Origin: a virus
Taxonomy: Duplodnaviria > Caudoviricetes
Length of the DNA: 24,375 nt
Strand: one strand, 5' to 3'
Virus record (IMG/VR): IMGVR_UViG_3300034685_000023
Span: 1 to 24,375 of that record
The position numbers and the translations under genes are program-made. This document shows, one piece after another, positions 18,300 through 24,375 of this stretch. The notes under the pieces are model-generated. The model worked only from the letters and a program-made list of their open reading frames with translations. It did no database searches and was not told where the DNA came from. Positions within the stretch are counted from its first letter, which is position 1. Every line of letters starts with the position of its first letter.

Positions 18300-18953
18300 A
18301 TGGAAATAATCAAAAAGTTAGTAAGTGAAACTATGTACGATATTAAATGTCCTTACCCAATGAAACCTGAGTTTATTGTAGTTCATAATACAGCTAATGA
18401 TTCAACTGCAATGAATGAAATAAACTATATGATTACAAACGCACATAAAACATCATTTCATTATGCTATTGACGATAAAAACATAATACAAGGTATACCT
18501 GACAATAGAAATGCTTTTCATGCAGGAGATGGAGTTAATGGAATTGGTAATAGAAAAGGCTTATCCATTGAAATATGCTATTCTAAATCAGGTGGAGAAA
18601 AATTTGATAAAGCAGAGCAATTAGCAGCAAAGTTTATAGCATATAAGTTAAAAGAATATGGCTGGGATATTAGTAAAGTAAAGAAACATCAAGATTTTAG
18701 TGGCAAATACTGCCCCCATAGAACGCTAGATTTAGGTTGGAATAGGTTTTTAAATATGGTAAGTAAAGAATATGAGTTGTTATTAAAAGGAGGAATTGAA
18801 GTGGAAGATAAGAATACACCATCAACTTGGGCTAAAGAAGCGTGGGAATGGGCGAAGAAAGAAAAGATAACAGATGGTACTAGACCTAAAGAAAACATCA
18901 CCAGAGAAGAAGTTATTGTAATGATTTATAGAGCATTAAAGGTGAAAAAATGA
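18300..18953 (+). CDS. Endolysin, N-acetylmuramoyl-L-alanine amidase (Amidase_2, XlyA/CwlA-like) with short C-terminal SLH-like module
   Basis: IVVHNTAND, SFHYAID, AFHAGDG, IEICYS, KKHQDFSGKYCPH zinc-amidase motifs; C-terminal WAKEAWEWAK...DGTRPKENITREE. Confidence 0.9.
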   Translation: MEIIKKLVSETMYDIKCPYPMKPEFIVVHNTANDSTAMNEINYMITNAHKTSFHYAIDDKNIIQGIPDNRNAFHAGDGVNGIGNRKGLSIEICYSKSGGEKFDKAEQLAAKFIAYKLKEYGWDISKVKKHQDFSGKYCPHRTLDLGWNRFLNMVSKEYELLLKGGIEVEDKNTPSTWAKEAWEWAKKEKITDGTRPKENITREEVIVMIYRALKVKK

Positions 18954-19156
18954 GATACTCTAAAAAGATAGTATCGCTAATAATAATGTTAAATTGTTTG
19001 TTCACGATGGCTATACTGTTATTGGTATGGTTTAAAGGCATAGAGCCGCAAGCTCTTATAACAGCGTGGTTCGGCTTTACTACCATTGAATTATGGTCAT
19101 TGGCAGGTATAACAAAAACCAAAGTAAAAGAAAGGAAAGATGAAAATGAAGATTGA
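18950..19156 (+). CDS. Small two-TM membrane protein (holin-like)
   Basis: 68 aa, two hydrophobic segments, charged C-terminus; ATGA overlap with the endolysin. Confidence 0.6.
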   Translation: MRYSKKIVSLIIMLNCLFTMAILLLVWFKGIEPQALITAWFGFTTIELWSLAGITKTKVKERKDENED

Positions 19157-19355
19157 TTGGAAACTAAAATTGTCAAGCAGAAAGTTTTGGGTAGCTTTAA
19201 CAGGCTTTGTAAGTGCTTTATTATATGCACTTAACTTTGCAGAAGCTACTGTGGAAAGTGTAGTAAGTGTTATAATGGCTTTTTCAACTCTTATAATATA
19301 TATACTTGCAGAAGCCCATATAGATGCTAATAGAACAAAGAGTGGGGACAATTAG
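19140..19355 (+). CDS. Holin-like protein
   Basis: (MK)MKIDWKLKLSSRKFWVALTGFVS...: DW..KLSSRKFW signature, two TM helices, in lysis cassette. Confidence 0.75.
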   Translation: MKMKIDWKLKLSSRKFWVALTGFVSALLYALNFAEATVESVVSVIMAFSTLIIYILAEAHIDANRTKSGDN

Positions 19356-19783
19356 TCCCCATTCAGCATCTCAAGCAAATCTATCAAAGCGTATTTTTTT
19401 AATCTTGTTATATGTCTTTCTGAATAATTAAGCTCATCACTTATTTCGCCTATTGTCTTTTTATTTAAGTAATGTTCTATTATAATCGCTTTTTCTATAT
19501 CAGGAAGGTAGTTTATAGATTGTATCAATAGCCTTACATCATCTTCCAACTGTTTTTTCTTTCGCATTAGCATTTCTCTTTCTTCTGCAATCATAACTGC
19601 TTTTTCTTCTGTTGGATTTGATATATTGCTGTTTGTCACTCTATCACTATCGTATGATATGGAATCTATGTCGTATTTTTCTTCAAGCCTTGCAAGTCTT
19701 TCTTGTATTGCGAATATTTTTCCTCTGTCGATATTTATTGATTTTAATTTCATTATCAACATTTCTTCATTAATCATAATCAT
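19352..19783 (-). CDS. ArpU/RinA-like late transcriptional activator (sigma70 region 4-like HTH)
   Basis: SNPTEEKAV motif, then LPDIEKAIIIEHYLNKKTIGEISDELNYSERHITRLKKYAL HTH; last gene of the early/middle operon. Confidence 0.75.
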   Translation of the reverse strand: MIMINEEMLIMKLKSINIDRGKIFAIQERLARLEEKYDIDSISYDSDRVTNSNISNPTEEKAVMIAEEREMLMRKKKQLEDDVRLLIQSINYLPDIEKAIIIEHYLNKKTIGEISDELNYSERHITRLKKYALIDLLEMLNGD

Positions 19784-19789
19784 ACTCCT

Positions 19790-20116
19790 TTAAATCTCAG
19801 CTTGATACTTCAATATCGACTGCAATCCATTCATTCTAGTTTGTATGGCTTCTATAGCTGTCCTTGCAGCCTTTAGCTTTTCTTCAGCTAAATCTCTTTG
19901 AAACTTTACATCAGCTACATTACCTCTTGCTATGTCTGGTATTAATGTTATACTCATTTTTTCATCTTTGAGTCTTATTATTTCGTATGCTAATGCTTTT
20001 CTGTACTCCATTTCTTTTACAGCTAAATCTTCTGCTAATTTAAATATTTCCTTACTGCCATTTTCAAGCCTTGTAGATGAGTCGTATATTTCTTTTGCTA
20101 TATCTCTTAATTCCAT
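19790..20116 (-). CDS. Conserved phage coiled-coil hypothetical protein
   Basis: Start re-assigned to ATG 20116 (MELRDIAKEI), one base after the stop of the dUTPase remnant; helical composition. Confidence 0.6.
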   Translation of the reverse strand: MELRDIAKEIYDSSTRLENGSKEIFKLAEDLAVKEMEYRKALAYEIIRLKDEKMSITLIPDIARGNVADVKFQRDLAEEKLKAARTAIEAIQTRMNGLQSILKYQAEI

Positions 20117-20117
20117 A

Positions 20118-20231
20118 CTATCTACCTGTGCTTCCGTACCCGCCACGATTGTTTGTGCCTAAATCTCCCACTTCTGTTATGTTAAGTCTTGGCATATTTG
20201 AGTTGTGATACTTGATGTAAATATTATTCAT
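20118..20231 (-). pseudogene. dut: Internally deleted trimeric dUTPase (37-aa in-frame remnant)
   Basis: MNNIYIKYHNSNMPRLNITEVGDLGTNNRGGYGSTGR: N-terminal I.IKY strand joined to motif V (RGGYGSTG); motifs I-IV absent; RBS AAGGTGGG retained. Confidence 0.8.
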
Positions 20232-20553
20232 TCTTTTCCCACCTTTCGTATAGCTTAAACCAATCTTCAGCTCTCATTGTTATTAACCATTCTTCATTGT
20301 TTTTTCTATGTGCCACAATAGGTATGTCGTTGTCGATGTTATCTCTTATAGACTGTTCCATAGCTTTTGATATATTCAAACTTTCCACTCTTTTTACTTC
20401 TATGTGTATTCCATTTAGTCCTACTACATCTGCATCTCCATTCATGCCAGCGAATTGTTGCGAACGTCTGCAATCATATCCATAAGACTTGCACAGTTTG
20501 GCGAATTCTAGTTCTCCCCTTTTTCCTTTGCTTTTAGAATTTATCTTCGCCAT
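20224..20553 (-). CDS. PD-(D/E)XK nuclease, Holliday junction resolvase-like
   Basis: SKSKGKRGELE...RRSQQFAG...ADVV...IHIEVKR motif. Confidence 0.75.
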   Translation of the reverse strand: MAKINSKSKGKRGELEFAKLCKSYGYDCRRSQQFAGMNGDADVVGLNGIHIEVKRVESLNISKAMEQSIRDNIDNDIPIVAHRKNNEEWLITMRAEDWFKLYERWEKNE

Positions 20554-20649
20554 AGCTTTTTATTAGTCCTTAACATAGAGTTGTATATATACATTTTAAG
20601 GAATAACCCACTGGATAGGTTTGTATATGCTTTCCATCTTCTGTACTTT

Positions 20650-20955
20650 TTAATCATAAAGCTTTCCTCCCATCATCTCTCTTATTTCATCTTCGCCATA
20701 CCCTAAAGATTTATATTTATCTTGAAGCATAATCTTTAATTGCCTGTTCAATTCACTGCCATTCTTGCCGTGTACTCCATTGTCGCCCCTGTGGTGATAG
20801 TAGCACAAAGGCACAACAGAGTACTCATTCTCATAATTCTTTCTTTTACCTACGCCTGAAACAATATGATGCAATTCCACTTGCTCGTTTGATTCGCATA
20901 TGATGCAAAGCCCATTGGTTTTTGCCATTACTTTTTCATAAAGCTCTTTATCCAT
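20650..20955 (-). CDS. HNH-like zinc-binding nuclease
   Basis: CIIC...ELHHIV...VPLCYYHHRG...VH. Confidence 0.7.
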   Translation of the reverse strand: MDKELYEKVMAKTNGLCIICESNEQVELHHIVSGVGKRKNYENEYSVVPLCYYHHRGDNGVHGKNGSELNRQLKIMLQDKYKSLGYGEDEIREMMGGKLYD

Positions 20956-20957
20956 TT

Positions 20958-21200
20958 TTATTTATCCTTATTTATCCTTATTGCTTCTTTCAGATAGTAT
21001 TCAGCCTTACCTAAATCAATATCTTTGCCTTTTTTGGTGTATCTTGATACATATCTTATTACATTGCCTATGCAAAAAGCTTCGTATCCTGCTATGCCTA
21101 GAAAGTCTAGAGTATCTTCTATATAGTCTATTACTTCTATTTTCTTGTCTGCGTAGTGAGCAGGGTGGTTTATTATATTGTATTTTTCTTCTTCTTCCAT
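20958..21200 (-). CDS. DUF3310 family protein
   Basis: INHPAHY...IEVIDYI...FCIGNVIRYVSRY..KG...DL.KA.YYL signature. Confidence 0.85.
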   Translation of the reverse strand: MEEEEKYNIINHPAHYADKKIEVIDYIEDTLDFLGIAGYEAFCIGNVIRYVSRYTKKGKDIDLGKAEYYLKEAIRINKDK

Positions 21201-21214
21201 GACATTATTCCTCC

Positions 21215-21421
21215 TTATTTTTTAAATTCATAAACTTGTTGGTTTGCACCTGTCGTTAGTGTTTTAAGTCTTGAGTATTTGTTATATATTCTTACTAAAA
21301 TCGCAGTTGGCATCTCATTTCTTAACTTTGCAAAAGAATCCCCATAATCGTGGTTTTTCTTTGATAAATATCATTTAGTTCTTTACATATCTCAAGATGT
21401 TGTTGTACTTTGTTTTTCCAT
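21215..21421 (-). pseudogene. DUF1599 (nucleotide-modification-associated) remnant, frameshifted and C-terminally truncated
   Basis: Strong RBS AAAGGAGG + ATG. Restoring two A-run indels gives MENKVQQHLEICKELNDIYQRKNHDYGDSF...ILVRIYNKYSRLKTL; the usual C-terminal DTL.DLANY helix is missing. Confidence 0.7.
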
Positions 21422-21462
21422 AAAAATTCCTCCTTTTAATTTATCCACCTTTAGAATTTGAT

Positions 21463-21648
21463 TTATATTAATTCAATTTGACTAAATAACCATGCACATG
21501 CCCACGAACCCTCTTTACCATCAATATTTAGTTTCACACTAAATGGTTTATGAGAACTTATTTCTTCTATTATGCCTATTTTGCCTATATAACTTATATC
21601 CATCGCATCCTTTATTCTAACTTTGTCTCCTGTTTTAAATTCTTTCAT
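21463..21648 (-). CDS. Small SH3/KOW-like phage protein
   Basis: Start re-assigned to ATG 21648 (RBS AAGGAG): MKEFKTGDKVRIK...YIGKIGIIEEI. Confidence 0.6.
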   Translation of the reverse strand: MKEFKTGDKVRIKDAMDISYIGKIGIIEEISSHKPFSVKLNIDGKEGSWACAWLFSQIELI

Positions 21649-21680
21649 TTTTATCTCCTTTCTATTACACTTGAATAACA

Positions 21681-21962
21681 TTAGCACCCTCTACCATTAC
21701 TATTTTCTTCTATCTCGCCAACAAAACTATCGTTTTCTATAGCATTTGCTATATCTATTAATTTCTGCTCCAACTTAACTTTCTTTAAGTCCTCAATCGC
21801 TAAATCAAATTTATCCATTATCATCTCTAAATCAGTTCCATTAAAACAAGCCCATCCTTCATCTTTATCGAATATAGCTTGATTAAATTCTTTTCGCCTC
21901 TTGTCTTGTGTTTCACTATCAATAGTTAATCTTTTTAAAAACAACTCTCTAAATTTATCCAT
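21681..21962 (-). CDS. Hypothetical phage protein
   Basis: 93-aa ORF with RBS AGGAGGGG. Confidence 0.6.
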   Translation of the reverse strand: MDKFRELFLKRLTIDSETQDKRRKEFNQAIFDKDEGWACFNGTDLEMIMDKFDLAIEDLKKVKLEQKLIDIANAIENDSFVGEIEENSNGRGC

Positions 21963-21975
21963 GTTAATCCCCCTC

Positions 21976-22104
21976 CTATCTTACATTTCTCTTAGTAAGC
22001 TGTTCAGTTTCTTTCTTTTCTAGCTCTAATTGAAAGAAAGTTCTTGCTTCTTCACAAGGTTTCCTATCATCCAGAATACTTGTTCTGCTTACTTTGAATT
22101 TCAT
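21976..22104 (-). CDS. Micro-ORF, 42 aa, possibly chimeric fragment
   Basis: RBS GAGGAGG; MKFKVSRTSILDDRKPCEEARTFFQLELEKKETEQLTKRNVR. Confidence 0.45.
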   Translation of the reverse strand: MKFKVSRTSILDDRKPCEEARTFFQLELEKKETEQLTKRNVR

Positions 22105-22196
22105 TCTTATCATCCTCCTCTTGAATTTTCCCTATATCAATATTCATCTCTATCCTCCTTACCATTTTCCCTACATGGGAACTATGGTTCTATCTC

Positions 22197-22240
22197 GTGA
22201 GTATCTTGAGAATTTATCTTTATTTTCTCAAGATACTCAC
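22197..22240. repeat. Perfect 16-bp inverted repeat with 12-nt spacer
   Basis: GTGAGTATCTTGAGAA (22197-22212) / TTCTCAAGATACTCAC (22225-22240), intergenic. Confidence 0.95.
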
Positions 22241-22269
22241 TTGATGAATATTTTTCTTGTTATGTTCAG

Positions 22270-22467
22270 CTAATCTAATTCATAAACTCTATGTCTCATC
22301 TCTGAAAATATAGTCCCTAGTTCTATTAATTTATTTATATCACTTATTTCTCTACCATTAGTTATTTCCCATTGTTCTAAACATTTTTCCAGAAACTCTT
22401 TTTCATTTTCTTCTCCCGTAAAGTCTACAAAGCTATAAAAATCAACTTCAATGTGCTTATCTTCCAT
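22270..22467 (-). CDS. Hypothetical acidic phage protein
   Basis: Start re-assigned to ATG 22467 (RBS GGGAGG): MEDKHIEVDFY...ELD. Confidence 0.6.
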   Translation of the reverse strand: MEDKHIEVDFYSFVDFTGEENEKEFLEKCLEQWEITNGREISDINKLIELGTIFSEMRHRVYELD

Positions 22468-22468
22468 G

Positions 22469-22606
22469 TTAATCCTCCCATTCAACTAACTTTTGCCCAC
22501 AGTTATAGTTATGGCAATAATTTTGCCCTTCATCAACCACTTCTTCACAATTTACACATTCCCAATTGTAATCGCCTTCGATGAATGTAATACTTGTTAT
22601 GTTCAT
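22469..22606 (-). CDS. Small zinc-ribbon protein, 45 aa (not in ORF track)
   Basis: MNITSITFIEGDYNWECVNCEEVVDEGQNYCHNYNCGQKLVEWED; CxxC...C..CGQKL.W; ATGA overlap with upstream gene. Confidence 0.6.
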   Translation of the reverse strand: MNITSITFIEGDYNWECVNCEEVVDEGQNYCHNYNCGQKLVEWED

Positions 22607-22785
22607 CTAGTAAAAGTAGTTTGCTTTTGTTTGTATTCTTTACACTGAAACTCTATCCAATGTATATCAAGCCTATCTATTGTTGTTTTTTCAACTTTTC
22701 CTACTAATTCTATAAAGTTATCCTTGAATTTACACACTTTTAAATGTTCACAGGTTGTGCATTTAGTTTCCATTGCTTCACTCAT
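22603..22785 (-). CDS. Small Cys-rich phage protein
   Basis: RBS GAGGAGG then MSEAMETKCTTCEHLKVCKF...QCKEY. Confidence 0.6.
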   Translation of the reverse strand: MSEAMETKCTTCEHLKVCKFKDNFIELVGKVEKTTIDRLDIHWIEFQCKEYKQKQTTFTR

Positions 22786-22799
22786 TTTTTTTAACCTCC

Positions 22800-22886
22800 T
22801 CACTTTGCATAAAAATCATTTTCTTCTCTATCTTCAAGTGCATAATTTCTTGCACCTATTGTTGTAAAAACATTTGTCTTTTTCAT
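22800..22886 (-). pseudogene. Duplicated 5' fragment (28 aa) of a DNA adenine methyltransferase-like gene
   Basis: MKKTNVFTTIGARNYALEDREENDFYAK*; the first 27 codons are identical to those of the 24332 ORF. Confidence 0.75.
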
Positions 22887-22900
22887 TTCAATCTCCTAAA
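22805..22900. repeat. 96-bp exact direct repeat, copy 1
   Basis: Identical to 24251-24346. Confidence 0.95.
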
Positions 22901-22976
22901 GTAGTCATATAACCGTTTTTAAAAAATGTCATAATATATTCTATTTTATTTTCCATTCAATATCCTCCTCCAATTC

Positions 22977-23630
22977 TTAAACATAATTAATAGCCTCTTG
23001 TTTTGTTATAAAAAAGTGTATCCCAGTTGAACATTCTTCCCACCTATCAGTATCGAAATCATCAACTACAACAATCTCACCTACTTTATAAATAAAATCA
23101 TTATCGTAATCAGAAGGTACTTCTTGTAAGGTTTCACCATCTAGCAATTTCGTAATTTCCAAGACTTTGGCTTTATTTGCTCTGCACTTCCTAGTTGTTG
23201 CACTACTTCTTAACGCATCTTCGGGAATTAAAAGTTTAACTATGCACTGACTAGCTTTTTTGTAGGCGATAAAACTCCCTTCCTCGGGACATTGTAAGTG
23301 GTAAAATGATGTAGAGTGATTTACTTTTATATCACTCAAGTTAGCACCACTCAAGTTAGCATCACTCAAGTCAGCACCTCTCAAGTTAGCATCACTCAAG
23401 TTAGCATCACTCAAGTTAGCACCTCTCAAGTTAGCATCACTCAAGTTAGCATCACTCAAGTTAGCACCTCTCAAGTTAGCATCACTCAAGTTAGCATCAC
23501 TCAAGTTAGCACCTCTCAAGTTAGCATCACTCAAGTTAGCACCTCTCAAGTCAGCACGAACACCCCCCTCTGTGCCTAATAACCACTTTTCATGATTTTC
23601 TAATATTTGTTTTAATTCTAGTTTCATCAC
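22977..23630 (-). CDS. Pentapeptide-repeat protein with C-terminal DUF5758-like domain
   Basis: 15 A(N/D)L(S/R)(D/G) repeats followed by [13 protein letters not shown]...[11 protein letters not shown]...[11 protein letters not shown]. Confidence 0.9.
   Translation of the reverse strand: MMKLELKQILENHEKWLLGTEGGVRADLRGANLSDANLRGANLSDANLSDANLRGANLSDANLSDANLRGANLSDANLSDANLRGADLSDANLSGANLSDIKVNHSTSFYHLQCPEEGSFIAYKKASQCIVKLLIPEDALRSSATTRKCRANKAKVLEITKLLDGETLQEVPSDYDNDFIYKVGEIVVVDDFDTDRWEECSTGIHFFITKQEAINYV
23331..23555 (-). repeat. 15 x 15-bp tandem repeat with 45-bp higher-order period
   Basis: Units TCAAGTTAGCATCAC / TCAAGTTAGCACCTC on the + strand. Confidence 0.95.
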
Positions 23631-23645
23631 TTAACCCTCCAATTC

Positions 23646-23744
23646 TTAAAACTTTACTTCTACAGTTACAATTGTGTCATTATGCCACCCACCATGAGGA
23701 ACTAACAAAATTCTTTTTATCTCAAACCCTCTGTTTTTGCCCAT
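23646..23744 (-). pseudogene. C-terminal remnant of a second phage DNA methyltransferase-like family
   Basis: MGKNRGFEIKRILLVPHGGWHNDTIVTVEVKF matches the G..RGF....ILLV.HGG.HNDTIV.VE C-terminus I recognise from phage adenine-methylase-annotated proteins; no RBS and no N-terminal part. Confidence 0.6.
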
Positions 23745-23765
23745 CACATTTAGGTGCTTTATCTC

Positions 23766-24101
23766 TTATTCTTCTAACTCTATTGGTTTCCACATTCTGC
23801 AGTGATATTGAAAATTTTGTCTGTCAATAATTTTTTCTGCTCTGAAGTCCTTTCCAGTGGCTTTACAAATAAGAAATTGTTCCTCATATTCTTCATATTC
23901 CTCATAGTCACCAACGCTGTAATTTTGGTCTCCGTATGGTCTTACGTAAACAGTTTTGTAGTATTTTACAAAATTCCCACATGTCAAACATGCTCTATTG
24001 TCAGGGTTGCTGTAGCATATGTTTTCGTGCCTCTTTGCTGATGATTTGTGTTTATAGTATTTCGTGCAAAAATCGCATTGATATGCTTTAATCTCTTTCA
24101 T
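23766..24101 (-). CDS. Cys/His-rich zinc-finger phage protein
   Basis: Own RBS AGGAGGT before ATG 24101; CDFC...RHENIC..NP.NRACLTC. Confidence 0.7.
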   Translation of the reverse strand: MKEIKAYQCDFCTKYYKHKSSAKRHENICYSNPDNRACLTCGNFVKYYKTVYVRPYGDQNYSVGDYEEYEEYEEQFLICKATGKDFRAEKIIDRQNFQYHCRMWKPIELEE

Positions 24102-24128
24102 GTAATTAGACCTCCTATCTTTAAAATT

Positions 24129-24332
24129 GTATACATTATAGTCATTCTTTTTTAATATTTCGCTTATATGCCCCATTCCACAAGCACATTCCCATATGTT
24201 TTGGTTAAATTTTTCAATCTCTAAAAGTAATTCTACAGCTTTTGGCTCAGTTGCATAAAAATCATTTTCTTCTCTATCTTCAAGTGCATAATTTCTTGCA
24301 CCTATTGTTGTAAAAACATTTGTCTTTTTCAT
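24129..24332 (-). pseudogene. N-terminal fragment of DNA adenine methyltransferase, fused in frame to the downstream zinc-finger gene
   Basis: DFYATEP (motif X) and IWECACGMGHIS (SAM-binding motif I), ending at YNVY before the catalytic NPPY motif. Confidence 0.75.
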
Positions 24333-24346
24333 TTCAATCTCCTAAA
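24251..24346. repeat. 96-bp exact direct repeat, copy 2
   Basis: Identical to 22805-22900. Confidence 0.95.
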
Positions 24347-24374
24347 ATGGTATTTCTTCTTCGTTTGTTTCTAC
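24342..24374 (-). CDS. ssb: C-terminal tip of single-stranded DNA-binding protein (truncated by window)
   Basis: ...VETNEEEIPF*, the acidic IPF tail characteristic of SSB; only 10 residues are visible. Confidence 0.6.
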   Translation of the reverse strand, partial: VETNEEEIPF

Positions 24375-24375
24375 T

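Noticed and set aside
20175-20183. AACATAACA near the dUTPase deletion junction, matching the core of boundary motif (ii)
   Set aside because: Only 9 AT-rich bases and it encodes plausible dUTPase residues; chance is a sufficient explanation.
22150-22269. Integron attC site (CATAAC after a stop codon plus palindrome)
   Set aside because: No complementary GTTRRRY R' box, no extrahelical bases in the stem, and no integron integrase in the window.
23331-23555. Possible CRISPR array
   Set aside because: Contiguous 15-bp units without unique spacers, in frame within a pentapeptide-repeat CDS.
23316-23579. Plus-strand ORF with QVSIT repeats
   Set aside because: Antisense reading of the pentapeptide repeat.
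22805-24346. DGR template/variable repeat pair
   Set aside because: The copies are identical with no adenine-specific mismatches, lie at a gene 5' end, and no reverse transcriptase is present.

Overview
AT-rich, phage-derived window, probably from a Firmicutes/Clostridia-infecting phage or prophage with podovirus-like organisation. The + strand (1-19355) is a late operon: a Kelch-repeat tail fibre C-terminus, XkdW/XkdX-like small genes, tail adaptor/nozzle-like genes, a coiled-coil tail protein, an FN3 protein, an internal virion protein, a 3392-aa polyvalent (ejection-type) protein and a lysis cassette. An apparently intact, non-autonomous IS200/IS605-family OMEGA element (omegaRNA + IscB, 4590-6171) is inserted in this operon. 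Its ends and TAM (GTGA) can be read from the sequence, and it splits the Shine-Dalgarno of an unannotated 50-aa phage gene. The - strand (19352-24375) is the distal part of an early/middle operon: ArpU/RinA-like activator, resolvase-like nuclease, HNH protein, DUF3310, pentapeptide-repeat protein and the SSB C-terminus. It is full of gene remnants (internally deleted dUTPase, two different DNA methyltransferase fragments, frameshifted DUF1599), micro-ORFs, a 96-bp duplication and short direct repeats at gene boundaries. All family assignments come from motif recognition by eye; no searches were run.
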